Virus genome (UHGV): UHGV-1550212
DNA: 64,000 nt
From: a virus
Reading direction: 5' to 3' (one strand)
Shown here: positions 47,798-57,951 of the stretch, piece after piece
Numbering within the stretch: the stretch's first letter is position 1
How the letters are laid out: every line of letters starts with the position of its first letter
Notes under the pieces: generated by a model
The model's database searches: none
The model's input: the letters and a program-made list of their open reading frames with translations, nothing else
What the model was told of the DNA's origin: nothing
Position numbers and translations under genes: made by a program

Positions 47798-48768
47798 GAT
47801 TGCTGCACGAATTTTGAGAGCTCGAATGATAATGCGAGCATTGTTATGAATTGGTCAATTGATTGTTTCGACTCTACACCGTATTTGTGAGCTGCAATGA
47901 CAATGTCTCCAAGTCGTGCAACAAAACCGGGTGTGTTCTTTGAGAGCTTTGCATAGCACCAATTTGCAAAGTCAGTTGAGAGAGCATTGATGACTTCGGT
48001 TTCACGACCTTTGTATTGTGACAGTGTTTTGTAAAATTCACGTGGGTCTTTGCATGCAACAATGAAATCATACAGTTCTTCAAACTTTGCTGACATGCCC
48101 TTTGTGACATGCTCAAGCGTTATATGACGCTCGCCTTGATTGAAGACAAAGTAGCAAATGTTCAGAATTTTGCGGAAGTCTGGGTAGTTATCTTGAATTA
48201 GCTTGATGAGCGCTTCTTTTTCAATTGTGCATTCATTTTCCTTCAAGATATTGTAGACGCGAACCATGCATTTCTTCATCAACTGTTCTGCGACATCATC
48301 AGAAAAGTCGAATGATAGCATTTTGAGACGAGATTGAGCAATTGATGCATCAATGCGGTCTGGATAGTTGCAAGTTGCAATGAAAAACGCGATGCCTGCA
48401 AACTCTTCAATGGTGCCTCTTAAAGCCATCTGACTTTGCACAGATAAAAAATCCATTTCATCAAGCAGCACAACCTTTACGCCACTTGACGACAATGACA
48501 TATGCTGACAGAATTCTGAAATTGTGTTGCGAACTGTGTCAATGCCAGAATTCTTTGAGCAGTTAATTTGCAAAATTGAACGCCTATCAGTCCACTTCAA
48601 TGCCAATGCTCTTGCTGCGGTTGTTTTTCCACTTCCTGGTGCTCCTGCGAACAAATAATTTTGCGGCTGACCATTAAATGCTGCAGCATAATCATCAGGC
48701 ACAATTAACTCTTCGACTTTTGTTGGCCTGTAGCGTTCTAACCAAGTTTTATCTTTAAGGGATGCCAT
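47794..48768 (-). CDS. RFC-like AAA+ clamp-loader subunit (324 aa)
   Basis: Contains WLERYRPTKVEELI (RFC box II), Walker A GAPGSGKTT, Walker B VLLDEMD and an SRL (SRC-like) motif. Start ATG 48768 is preferred because the tracked start is TTG. Confidence 0.85.
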   Translation of the reverse strand: MASLKDKTWLERYRPTKVEELIVPDDYAAAFNGQPQNYLFAGAPGSGKTTAARALALKWTDRRSILQINCSKNSGIDTVRNTISEFCQHMSLSSSGVKVVLLDEMDFLSVQSQMALRGTIEEFAGIAFFIATCNYPDRIDASIAQSRLKMLSFDFSDDVAEQLMKKCMVRVYNILKENECTIEKEALIKLIQDNYPDFRKILNICYFVFNQGERHITLEHVTKGMSAKFEELYDFIVACKDPREFYKTLSQYKGRETEVINALSTDFANWCYAKLSKNTPGFVARLGDIVIAAHKYGVESKQSIDQFITMLALSFELSKFVQQS

Positions 48769-48814
48769 TTGTTGTTTGTTGTGATATGTGATATGATGCA
48801 AAATGCATATTCAT

Positions 48815-48858
48815 ATTGTATATGAATATGATACAACAAACGTGTCAATTTTGCACAG
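48815..48858 (-). promoter_or_regulatory. early/middle-type promoter-like motif
   Basis: Minus sense CTGTGCAAAATTGACACGTTTGTTGTATCATATTCATATACAAT. It overlaps the last 14 nt of HE paralogue 3 and is followed by a TGCATTTTGCATCA box. Confidence 0.45.
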
Positions 48859-49876
48859 CATGACCGCAATCGTACACAGGCAAAAAGCCTGCGTCAAGCA
48901 TCTCTTGTGTATCTTGTCCACAATCTTTAACATATTGTCGTGTTTTGAAATTATGCCAATGCTTATGAATTGTTGACTTGTCATCTGACAGCTGTGGATT
49001 GAGCGCGAAGTCAGTCGAGTCTACTGGTTCACCTGCAAGATGCTTTCTAATGGCATCAATGACTTCATTGTCATCCATCCATTCGAATATTGTAATGCAA
49101 GTGTAGCCATGCTTGAGAGCAAGCTGAGTTTTGTTGAAGTGATAGTCGAATGCAAGTGGATGATTATGCGTTGATTTGCCCATTGCATATGCAAATCCAT
49201 ATGCTGCATTGTGTGAAAACGTTGGGTTAATTTCAATGAGCAATTTGCAATGTTCATTGCTGTAGTTCAAATCAAATGAAAATCTATGCAATGAAATTTC
49301 ATCATAGCCACAATTGATGCAAAGTTCTTGCTGCAGTTTATCATGCCAATATTTGTTTATCGCTGAAATTGGGCGACCATTTGCATCTCTGCATCTCTTT
49401 GTCATGCAAAACCATGGCACACCATATCGTTGCAGCGTTGTTGCATTGATTTTTTGTTTAGGCCCAAATGCATTGCCATACAAGCGTTGTTTTGTTTCAA
49501 GCATTTTGTTAATGTTGCTTAGAGAGTCACCCCACTTTGCTCGTTTTGTTTCAATTGATTTTGCGACGTTGCCCCATGCATTGCCGTAGCGCTCTAAATT
49601 TGTTTGTCGTTGTTTAGCGACATTGCCCATGCCATTGCCATATTTTGCACGTTTTGATGCAACCATTTTCGCAGCAACATCTTTGCATTGATTGCTATGT
49701 TCTACACCATATTTGTGCAAACATGCTATTTTTCGATTGTACTTTGTTTTAATTGCGCCATGCGATGTTTTACGTGGCGCATATCTCACAAATGGCGTTT
49801 CTGCAAGCAATTTGTCTCTTTCCTCTTCAAGTTCTTTTATGCGAGCTTCAAGAGCTTCTCCTGTCAATTTTTCCAT
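48845..49876 (-). CDS. freestanding homing-endonuclease-like protein, paralogue 3 (343 aa)
   Basis: The N-terminus LTGEALEARIKELEEERDKLLAETPFVRYAPRKTSHG is shared with paralogue 2. It has (K/E)RYGN repeats and an FDLNYSNEHCKLLIEINPTFSHNA core. The C-terminus is shared with paralogue 1. Confidence 0.75.
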   Translation of the reverse strand: MEKLTGEALEARIKELEEERDKLLAETPFVRYAPRKTSHGAIKTKYNRKIACLHKYGVEHSNQCKDVAAKMVASKRAKYGNGMGNVAKQRQTNLERYGNAWGNVAKSIETKRAKWGDSLSNINKMLETKQRLYGNAFGPKQKINATTLQRYGVPWFCMTKRCRDANGRPISAINKYWHDKLQQELCINCGYDEISLHRFSFDLNYSNEHCKLLIEINPTFSHNAAYGFAYAMGKSTHNHPLAFDYHFNKTQLALKHGYTCITIFEWMDDNEVIDAIRKHLAGEPVDSTDFALNPQLSDDKSTIHKHWHNFKTRQYVKDCGQDTQEMLDAGFLPVYDCGHAVQN

Positions 49877-49905
49877 ATGTCATTTGTGTAAATGTCAACA
49901 AAAAT

Positions 49906-49942
49906 AGCGCAGCAGTGTAATCTCACGACTAACTGCTGCGCT
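49906..49942 (-). terminator. rho-independent terminator downstream of the primase-helicase gene
   Basis: 10-bp stem AGCGCAGCAG/CTGCTGCGCT followed by AUUUUUG in the minus sense. Confidence 0.7.
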
Positions 49943-50110
49943 TGAACATTGTGCTATGAAAGAATGACCATCCCAAACACCCAAACAAGCACAAATGTTC
50001 CGACACAAGAAAACGGAAGAACCCGAAAGAAGCGAGGAGCACGCTTTGTTTGTGACTGGATTGTTATCAATGTATGTACTTATAGGGTGTTTGTTCGTGG
50101 GTTCTTGTCA

Positions 50111-53100
50111 TCAAAAGCTTCGATTCATCAGTTCATCAGCAAGTCGTTCAAGTTCAGTAGCAGCTTTTTGTCGCTTGGCTTCTCTTTCTGCTTCAACATC
50201 TGCTTTGCTTACTGGCGATTCCAAGTCTTTTGCAGGTGCATCTTCAATAACAGTCAAATTGCTGTCATCAAACTTGTTGTCAATGTCAACTCGTTTGAAT
50301 GATATGATGCCTGATGACACCTGAGCTTCTGCTTGTTGTTTGTCAAATACAAGGCTGCTAATTGTTGATTGCAGTTTTGTAGATGCCAGCAATCGTTCTG
50401 TGTTATCTGCAAAAATGTCATCAGTAAACAATACATGCAGCATTTGAGCAATCGAATCACGACTTCTGCTGCAGCCACTGTCAAATGCAGGCAACTGCTT
50501 AATTGCATAGATGTCGCCATCATGTACAGTAATTGCATTGAACATGCGTCTTGCAATTGATGCCACCGAATCAAGTACATCTGGTGATTGCGGCGTGTAG
50601 CCTCGTGAATCGAAGTATATGAGTGCAGAGTTCTTAACAATTTGGTCGACTACTTCTGATGCAATTGAGACTGCATCTTTGCTGTTATTGAAGACATCAT
50701 TTAGCATATATGACACAATCTTGATGTTCGACTCATGCATTGTGCCACTTGAACCCGCATCAAATATTGACACTGCATCTTTGATTGATTTGAGTCTTGC
50801 AAGTCGATACATGTCTTTGTTGTCAATGACATACATATCGATAGTCTTCATGATGGTGTCAAACAAGTAATGATGCGATAGTGTTCGCAATGCATGTCGC
50901 CAATCATCAAACACTCGTCTGTCTTCTACAAGATATGTAAGCTTGCCATTTTTCTTGACAAGTTCAAATCTGTCTGATTCTTGAACTTGCTCTGCTGGCA
51001 AATTCATGATAACTTCGAATGTAGCCTGATTGACAAATGATGCAAACATTTTGCCAATCTTGCTGTTCTTTTCTTGACGGTACTCTGCTCGAGCTTCTTT
51101 TGCAGCATTGAGAACTTGAGCAATCATCATGTCATCTGCAACAACATCTTGCACGACTTTGCATTCATAGCCATACGATGACAATGTGTTCTGAATGATG
51201 ACAAGCTGAGTAGCCCATTGTCGCCATTTCTGCTCAAACATATTGAGCTTATACGCAGTCAAGTGAATCTTGATTTCACCTGTGTACGGGTCACGATAAA
51301 AGTACGGTGCATTGAATGCCCATTCAAAGAAATCAAAGAGACTTCTTGAGTCATTGCGCTTTGTCTGCATTTGCAAAATGTCCCAGAATGACAGCTTTTC
51401 AACATTTGTTAATGTCAAGTCAAGCTCGTCATATGCAGTAATGTTTCGTGGGTCGCCATTTGATTTTGTCATACTGAAATACACATATGACTGAATGGAT
51501 ATTTTGCGAAGCCGTGAGTTAAATTGTTCGATTTCTTGACCTGTAAATGCCTCGTCATAAATGACATCAAATTCATAGCTGTCATTGATATCAATGCCAA
51601 CTGACAAGTAATTTGTGCAGAACAGCAGTTCAATATCACCAATTGTGCCAGATTCATTGATTGATTGAACAAAGTCATGCATTGCATTGTCACGCTTGTA
51701 GTACTTGACTTTTGGATTTCTGCCAAGCATCATTCGAACTGCGCCTACAATTGCATGAGTAAATGCGTCGCCTTTGTTTGTTGGGAACAGAATTCGTTTG
51801 CCTGCTTTAATTGCTGTTGAGATATGTGATGCAAGTTTTGTAATCTTGTCGCCGTCATGTTTGCAGCAGACAAATCTGACACCTTTGTTGTAATTAAGCG
51901 GCTTGTCGCAGAATATGACAGTGTCAAAATGACAGAACATGTGTTCAGCTACAGGTGTGCCTGTCATCAAAATGACTTTTGTCTGCAACTTTGTTAAGTT
52001 GTCAATCACATTTGCAGGTACAACATCACGATATGCAGACATTGTCAACAAGTGCGATTCGTCGACGACAACATAGTCATATAAAATTGACACTTCCTCT
52101 GGGTCAGCTAATGTAAATTTATCGAATGTCAAAGCTACATTGACATGCTTAGACAATTCAAGACCTCGTTGACCAAATGAGCAATACATGCCAAGGTCTG
52201 ACATCTCAATCTTTGATTGCAAGATTGATGTGTATGGTTCAATCAGCATGACTCGTTTTCCATCACGAGTAAGCTGCTTGATAAATTCTGTCTTGCCTGA
52301 GCCTGGCCGTGCAATCAAGTAATTGATGCCAGTTACAAATACTTCTTCAAGTTCATGCTTGTATGTTGACAAGTACTCATTTTCTGCAAGTTTGAAGACA
52401 TGCGTATGTCGAAGTTCAAAGTCTTTTTGCTGTGCAACTTTCGACATAATGTACTGACTGATTGCATCTTCTGTATTGTGTTCAGCAATCAGTTCATTGA
52501 CAGTTACAGATGACTTGTTAGCAAACTTGAATTTGAAGCCGTGCTTTTCACGAAGTTCTTTGACAGATGACCATACGCACGGACAAGTGCCTGCTGCATT
52601 ACGTTCAACTGCAGACCTGAATGAGTTTGCCCAGCTGTTATGCTCTGCATTGAACTTTGGATTACCCGAACACATTTGCAAGAACATTTGCAACACATGT
52701 TCATATTGACCACCTGTAGTTGACTTCAAATCATATAGCCATGCAAGTGTATAGGCCAAGCGATATCTACCAGTGTTGTCGTAGTTTTGTGGAGTGATTG
52801 TGAGCATTGTGCCCTCTTCAATCATTGTGATGTCATCACGTTGAGTGAAGACTTGCTCGCCGTCAGTCATTGCAGTCATATGAGACTTCGGCGCATAATC
52901 AAAACGACCTCGAAGTCTATCAAACATTGTCTTCAGTTTGTCGATGCAAAATTTTGCATCAACTGAAGCATAGATGCTAACATCAAACTCTGGTTGCTCA
53001 ATGAATTGCGCGTTTTGATTGATGATGACATCTTTATCACGTGCAACAAACAACGGCTGACTAATTTTGCAAACAGATGCATCAACTACTCGAGATTCAG

Positions 53101-53710
53101 ACATTTGACCTGACTTTTCAAGTCGTCTTGACAATGTATTGTTGACAGGATGCACTTCTCGAGCCATGTCATGATTGCCCTCTGATTCAAGCTGGTCACT
53201 CAGCAACACAAGGCATTTCCAAATGACATACAATTTTGCCTCATATGCATCAAGATATGCTTTCTTTGCTGCAGAAGCATTTTCAGATGACACAAATACA
53301 GCATCTTCAGTTTGAATTGACAGAGGCTTTGAGATTGTGTAGACGTGCAAGCCTGAACCAGAAGTCGACTTAAGCACAGCAACACACCACGGATATTTGC
53401 AAAGCATTGCAGCCAAACGTGGTTTGATGACTTCTACAAGTTCTTTTGAGTGAAAGTCCAAATCGACTGGCTGCAGACCTGACCAAGTCAAGTAGTCATG
53501 AACTTGTTGTTTTGGTCGAGCAAACATTGTCGATTGCGACACAAAGGGACGATGTGCTTTATCTACTGTGTCAAGTGACTCATCATTTGCAACTTTCATG
53601 ATGAGGTCATACAATGAAATTTGTTGCTTATTGACAGTGTCTTCTGTTTTACGAACACTGTCGCCCATCATGAACTTTATGCCACTGAGCAAATCTTTGA
53701 CGTTTGACAT
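50111..53710 (-). CDS. primase-helicase-type replication protein (1199 aa)
   Basis: The central SF2 helicase core has Walker A LIARPGSGKTEF, a DExH box (VVVDESHLL) and MTGTP. The large N-terminal domain is assumed to be a primase (inference). Confidence 0.75.
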   Translation of the reverse strand: MSNVKDLLSGIKFMMGDSVRKTEDTVNKQQISLYDLIMKVANDESLDTVDKAHRPFVSQSTMFARPKQQVHDYLTWSGLQPVDLDFHSKELVEVIKPRLAAMLCKYPWCVAVLKSTSGSGLHVYTISKPLSIQTEDAVFVSSENASAAKKAYLDAYEAKLYVIWKCLVLLSDQLESEGNHDMAREVHPVNNTLSRRLEKSGQMSESRVVDASVCKISQPLFVARDKDVIINQNAQFIEQPEFDVSIYASVDAKFCIDKLKTMFDRLRGRFDYAPKSHMTAMTDGEQVFTQRDDITMIEEGTMLTITPQNYDNTGRYRLAYTLAWLYDLKSTTGGQYEHVLQMFLQMCSGNPKFNAEHNSWANSFRSAVERNAAGTCPCVWSSVKELREKHGFKFKFANKSSVTVNELIAEHNTEDAISQYIMSKVAQQKDFELRHTHVFKLAENEYLSTYKHELEEVFVTGINYLIARPGSGKTEFIKQLTRDGKRVMLIEPYTSILQSKIEMSDLGMYCSFGQRGLELSKHVNVALTFDKFTLADPEEVSILYDYVVVDESHLLTMSAYRDVVPANVIDNLTKLQTKVILMTGTPVAEHMFCHFDTVIFCDKPLNYNKGVRFVCCKHDGDKITKLASHISTAIKAGKRILFPTNKGDAFTHAIVGAVRMMLGRNPKVKYYKRDNAMHDFVQSINESGTIGDIELLFCTNYLSVGIDINDSYEFDVIYDEAFTGQEIEQFNSRLRKISIQSYVYFSMTKSNGDPRNITAYDELDLTLTNVEKLSFWDILQMQTKRNDSRSLFDFFEWAFNAPYFYRDPYTGEIKIHLTAYKLNMFEQKWRQWATQLVIIQNTLSSYGYECKVVQDVVADDMMIAQVLNAAKEARAEYRQEKNSKIGKMFASFVNQATFEVIMNLPAEQVQESDRFELVKKNGKLTYLVEDRRVFDDWRHALRTLSHHYLFDTIMKTIDMYVIDNKDMYRLARLKSIKDAVSIFDAGSSGTMHESNIKIVSYMLNDVFNNSKDAVSIASEVVDQIVKNSALIYFDSRGYTPQSPDVLDSVASIARRMFNAITVHDGDIYAIKQLPAFDSGCSRSRDSIAQMLHVLFTDDIFADNTERLLASTKLQSTISSLVFDKQQAEAQVSSGIISFKRVDIDNKFDDSNLTVIEDAPAKDLESPVSKADVEAEREAKRQKAATELERLADELMNRSF

Positions 53711-53739
53711 ATTTTGTTGATGCTTTTTGTTTGGTCAAA

Positions 53740-53781
53740 ATTATATTGAATATGATACAACACTTGTGACATTTTTGCTTA
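53740..53781 (-). promoter_or_regulatory. early/middle-type promoter-like motif
   Basis: Minus sense TAAGCAAAAATGTCACAAGTGTTGTATCATATTCAATATAAT, upstream of primase-helicase ATG 53710. Confidence 0.4.
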
Positions 53782-54420
53782 GAATGCGACACCGACATGT
53801 GCGCCAATCATAGCAGCTTTTGAGTCAACTTTCTTCATGCAGCCTGCATCAAGACCTATACGCCATTGTAAACTACTCTTACCAAATTGACGAGTGTATG
53901 ATAGCCAATACATGTCAATTGATTGCTTGTTAAATGTGCCAAATGCATAGTGAAAGTCTACATTATTTCGTGGTGCATCATGGTCAATGACTTTGATTGT
54001 CGTAGTTTGCACTTCACGAATAACTGTGTCTGCTTTGAACATCAAAACGTCCCAATCACGTTGCTTGATTGTGTTTTGCGTAATGTAGTCTTTTATTGCT
54101 ATTTGCAGTTTGTCTGACTTCAATGTGTCTGCATACTCATACTGTGCAAAGTAGTCATTAACATACTGCATAAGCTTTGTAGTGTCTATGTCAACTACAA
54201 GAGTCGTGTCACGATACACTGGCACTGGTATTGTCTTGCCAGGCATATGAACTGTGTCGTGTTTAATAACAGTGTCAGCTTTGACAATTGGCTCTGCATT
54301 TATAGCATCTTGATATGTTTGCCAGTCTTTTGGGCTGACAAAATGCCAATCTTTGAAAATCATGACAGCAGTCAATACAATGACTGCTGTCATGACTATG
54401 ATTTTGAGTGTCTTCAACAT
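53779..54420 (-). CDS. hypothetical signal-anchored beta-rich protein (213 aa)
   Basis: ATG 54420 is preferred because the tracked start is GTG. Has an N-terminal hydrophobic helix, and the C-terminus ends ...GAHVGVAF. Confidence 0.6.
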   Translation of the reverse strand: MLKTLKIIVMTAVIVLTAVMIFKDWHFVSPKDWQTYQDAINAEPIVKADTVIKHDTVHMPGKTIPVPVYRDTTLVVDIDTTKLMQYVNDYFAQYEYADTLKSDKLQIAIKDYITQNTIKQRDWDVLMFKADTVIREVQTTTIKVIDHDAPRNNVDFHYAFGTFNKQSIDMYWLSYTRQFGKSSLQWRIGLDAGCMKKVDSKAAMIGAHVGVAF

Positions 54421-54426
54421 ATTCAC

Positions 54427-56022
54427 TTATGCTTTTGCAGTTACAGATGATAAGACAATTCGTTGCAGGAAATTGCCTGCAGTGTCCATAATGTCCCAAG
54501 TAGTACTTGAGCCCTCATTGTTTGACAATGTAAATCTGATGTAATTCGATGTTCTTGTCAATTCATCGCGAATGATATTGTTGCCTGAACGTGCAATGTA
54601 ACTGCCAAATTTTTGCAATGCTATCTGAGCATTGTCTGTGTCAAGCAATGCAATTGATATGTCTACAGAAGAGCCCTTTGGGCAGTTGATTGTCTTGACA
54701 ACGAACAATGATTGAGCATCATCATTTATCACAAGCTTGCTGATAAGCGTAGGCACAGGTCTGTCAATCTGCAAGACTCTATCTACGCCCGCTTTTGCAT
54801 TGCCAATGACTGTCTTTTGATTGATGACTTTATGCACAATGTCATATGATTCAAATTTGACTTGAGGTTTACGATGCCAGCAAAGCATTGCAATGTCATC
54901 TTCAGACAGAATCAATTGCATTGAACGACTTATGCGTACTTGTCCAAGAGTTGACACGTAATCAAGCACAGCAGTAACATACACAAGAGCCATTTTTGGC
55001 TTGTTATCTGGATTGTCATCGTCTACAATGATAGGCGACCATTCAACTGCTTGTGTCGCGTTGTCAACATTTGCAAATTGCATATGTCGTATGCTTGAAT
55101 CTATGAGAACGCCTTCTGCATTGTATGCTTGCAAGATGACGTCATACGTGACATTCGCATCATCAATCAACTCAAGTCTTGAAATCCAATCTGACAGTTG
55201 CATTGTACGATGCTTCATCTGCATTTCAATGCATGCAGGCGCAAATTCGGATTCTTGTCGCAGTACTACATCTGCATACAAAGTCTCATCTTCATTGCCG
55301 GTCAACAGCAATGCTTGTTTGATTTCTCGAAGAGCAAACTGAGTAAATGTTCTGACTGCCCCAGATACAAGTGACTGCTCAAATGAGTAAACTTTGTCAT
55401 CATACACAAGTCCAATCTCAACATTGATATTTGATTGCAATGCTCGTCTTGTAGATGTGCCAAACACGAACTCACGAACTTTAGACATTTCATCACTGTT
55501 CATTGAACACAAGAAGTCAATATCGACAATCTTGAATTCAATTTCAGTAGTGAACTGCTCATTGTCAATGACGACAATCTTGTTTTTGACAGGTGTAAAC
55601 AATGAACGTGCTTTGATGTCAAGCAATGACATCAAACTGTATTTGACATCATCAATGTCAATTGACAGTCTAAGCCAAACGCCAATGACATTTGATGCAT
55701 AACGAAATCCACTGACTGCGTATAATCTGCATGTCAGATATTGCAGTTTGTCAAGCGATGTCGTCTTATATGCCGAATCTGCAAAATTTGCGACAATTGT
55801 GTCTGTGTATGAGTCTGGTGTCAGATATGTCGGCACCTGATATGTAGTGTTTTGTGCAACTGAACTGTATTCACGAACATTGTGTGTTTCTGCACCATCG
55901 GCATTCAATAGATGCACAACACCGCCACTTGCAATCTTATGCAAGGGCACGTCTGTCATGTCGTAGACACTTGAATCACCAATCTCAAGTGCAAAGTCTT
56001 CAGTCAGTCTCAGTCGTTGCAT
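54427..56022 (-). CDS. hypothetical protein (531 aa)
   Basis: Long ATG ORF downstream of a terminator and promoter-like motif. Confidence 0.7.
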   Translation of the reverse strand: MQRLRLTEDFALEIGDSSVYDMTDVPLHKIASGGVVHLLNADGAETHNVREYSSVAQNTTYQVPTYLTPDSYTDTIVANFADSAYKTTSLDKLQYLTCRLYAVSGFRYASNVIGVWLRLSIDIDDVKYSLMSLLDIKARSLFTPVKNKIVVIDNEQFTTEIEFKIVDIDFLCSMNSDEMSKVREFVFGTSTRRALQSNINVEIGLVYDDKVYSFEQSLVSGAVRTFTQFALREIKQALLLTGNEDETLYADVVLRQESEFAPACIEMQMKHRTMQLSDWISRLELIDDANVTYDVILQAYNAEGVLIDSSIRHMQFANVDNATQAVEWSPIIVDDDNPDNKPKMALVYVTAVLDYVSTLGQVRISRSMQLILSEDDIAMLCWHRKPQVKFESYDIVHKVINQKTVIGNAKAGVDRVLQIDRPVPTLISKLVINDDAQSLFVVKTINCPKGSSVDISIALLDTDNAQIALQKFGSYIARSGNNIIRDELTRTSNYIRFTLSNNEGSSTTWDIMDTAGNFLQRIVLSSVTAKA

Positions 56023-56040
56023 ATTGTCGAAATCTTGTTT

Positions 56041-56060
56041 GTGTTATATGTACACAAAAC
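56041..56060 (-). promoter_or_regulatory. late-type promoter-like motif (GTTTTGTGTACATATAACAC)
   Basis: It lies between terminator 56060-56085 and ATG 56022. Confidence 0.4.
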
Positions 56061-56085
56061 TGCACCAGCAATTTTGCTGGTGCAG
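56060..56085 (-). terminator. rho-independent terminator
   Basis: Stem CTGCACCAGCA/TGCTGGTGCAG followed by UUUUG. Confidence 0.7.
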
Positions 56086-56089
56086 CTGG

Positions 56090-56347
56090 TTAATTGTTGA
56101 GATACTGCTGAAGCTCAACTTCTGTTGCAAGTCTACATTGCTTAATATTGAACACTGTCATAATATGACAACTCTTGCATTTATGCCAAATTTCAGCAAC
56201 AGCAGTTTGTGTGTTCTTTGGCAATGAGCGTCTGTACTTGACAATGTCTGTAGTGCCGCAGCATTTACATGTGCCAAGCACTACATACAATTTTGAGTTA
56301 GTCGCGCTCAATTGTGACATGTCTAACTTCTGCTTCTTCATAGCCAT
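56090..56347 (-). CDS. hypothetical zinc-ribbon protein (85 aa)
   Basis: ATG ORF with CKCCG...CKSCH. It overlaps the 3' end of the topoisomerase gene by 50 nt. Confidence 0.45.
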   Translation of the reverse strand: MAMKKQKLDMSQLSATNSKLYVVLGTCKCCGTTDIVKYRRSLPKNTQTAVAEIWHKCKSCHIMTVFNIKQCRLATEVELQQYLNN

Positions 56348-57719
56348 GCTCTCTTAGCTTTTCAATGAGTGCTTCAACATCTGCTCGATAAGTGTCACGA
56401 TTGTCAGAACGTTCAACTACTTTGTACTCTTTCTTAAGTTCTACAATCTTTGCTTTTAGTTTTTTCTGCTCATCTTGAGTCAATCTGCTGACTGCAATTT
56501 CAAGAACTTTGTGATTGATTGAATGCTCATCAAGAATAGACTTGACTTGTTTAGTAGTCATCTTATGCAGTACAATGACTTCGTCAAGCACAAGTTGAAT
56601 GAACTTCATGATGTCTTCATACCACTGAATTGTAGTACGAATGTCTTCAAGTCGTTTTTGCTTGCGAATTTCATAGAATTGCAAACGCCACTCGACAAAT
56701 CGCATAATGAGTGAACCGACTGTTTTGTATCGACGAATCTTGTCATCGAAGTCAATGACAGTCAAGTTGTCACGTTCAATTCTGCAGAACATTGCAAGAG
56801 TCCAGTACAATGAGTCTTTTGCAAGCAACTCAACAAGTTTTGCTTTCGTAAACTTTATCTCATACAGAATCTTGTCTTTGTGAGAGTAATTTGTCCATGC
56901 TTCAATAATGTCACGGTCAAGCAGCATATTGAGATGGTTTTCATAGCCATCGAATGTGTTATTGTATGGGATTGCAGTTACATTGACTGTAGTGTCATCA
57001 ACAACTTCCATTCGACCATGATGCTCATATACACCATTGACAAGTCGCCATTCTCCTTGCAAGCCTTTGACATACGGCGTAATTTTGCGTTCAGAAATAT
57101 CTTCGCCATCAAGAGCATCAATAACAGCATTGCAAACTTCAATTGGATTACGATTGATAATTGTGCTTGAATAGCCAACCGCGATGCCCATAATTGAGTT
57201 TAGCAAAATTGTGGGCACAATTGGCAGATAAAATTGCGGCTCAACTTCAATGCCCTCTTGCCAACGATTTGTCAGCAACTCATTGTCTTTCATGAGCAAC
57301 TCAAATGCATCTGACAATCGAACAAAGATGTATCGAGGCGCACCTGCATATGGGCTGTAGAATGTACCAAACTGACCCTCACCAATGAAGTATGGAATGT
57401 TCTGCTTAAAGTCCTGAGACATGATTGTGATATTGCCCTCAAGACTTGTCTGGCCGTGTTCGTAACCACCCTCTGCTTTTACATAGCCCGCAAATGCACC
57501 TACAGTTTGCTTAACACCACCTTTAAGACGCTTGAGCGCAACATACATGATTTTTCGTGCAGTAGGCTTAAAGCCATCACGAACATCAGGTATTGCACGT
57601 TCAAATGCAGTGTGTAACGCATACTCTTTATATCGAGTATTCAAAAATTCCGCAATGGAAATTTGAATATCTTGTTCTGTCAATGGTTCTGTGTAAACTT
57701 CTTGTTTTCGTCGTGCCAT
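56298..57719 (-). CDS. type II DNA topoisomerase, A-type (GyrA/ParC/T4 gp52-like) subunit (473 aa)
   Basis: Contains IPDVRDGFKPTARKIMY (compare the RDGLKPVHRR motif) and the catalytic-Tyr context GAPRYIFVRL. ATG 57719 is preferred because the tracked start is TTG. Confidence 0.85.
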   Translation of the reverse strand: MARRKQEVYTEPLTEQDIQISIAEFLNTRYKEYALHTAFERAIPDVRDGFKPTARKIMYVALKRLKGGVKQTVGAFAGYVKAEGGYEHGQTSLEGNITIMSQDFKQNIPYFIGEGQFGTFYSPYAGAPRYIFVRLSDAFELLMKDNELLTNRWQEGIEVEPQFYLPIVPTILLNSIMGIAVGYSSTIINRNPIEVCNAVIDALDGEDISERKITPYVKGLQGEWRLVNGVYEHHGRMEVVDDTTVNVTAIPYNNTFDGYENHLNMLLDRDIIEAWTNYSHKDKILYEIKFTKAKLVELLAKDSLYWTLAMFCRIERDNLTVIDFDDKIRRYKTVGSLIMRFVEWRLQFYEIRKQKRLEDIRTTIQWYEDIMKFIQLVLDEVIVLHKMTTKQVKSILDEHSINHKVLEIAVSRLTQDEQKKLKAKIVELKKEYKVVERSDNRDTYRADVEALIEKLREHGYEEAEVRHVTIERD

Positions 57720-57743
57720 TGTAGCTAATTTGATTTTATTTCC

Positions 57744-57778
57744 TATATTATTGTACAACGATGTTGTTAGATTTGCAT
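57744..57778 (-). promoter_or_regulatory. early/middle-type promoter-like motif
   Basis: Minus sense ATGCAAATCTAACAACATCGTTGTACAATAATATA, upstream of topoisomerase ATG 57719. Confidence 0.35.
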
Positions 57779-57940
57779 CATTTGAATATCTTCAAATCTG
57801 CAAAGCTGCGCAGTAGACTGAATACGGAATACTAAGAATACACCAGAATCAGTGACGCATTTAACAAGTGCATCTTCATTTGTGGGCGTGTACAATACGA
57901 CATCCCAAGGTTCAAGTTGTTTTGCTTCTTCTGCTGTCAT
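57767..57940 (-). CDS. hypothetical mini-protein (57 aa)
   Basis: Hand-translated ATG ORF (MTAEEAKQLEPWDVVLYTPTNEDALVKCV...) that fills the 57759-57951 gap. Confidence 0.35.
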   Translation of the reverse strand: MTAEEAKQLEPWDVVLYTPTNEDALVKCVTDSGVFLVFRIQSTAQLCRFEDIQMMQI

Positions 57941-57951
57941 ATGCGTAGTGT

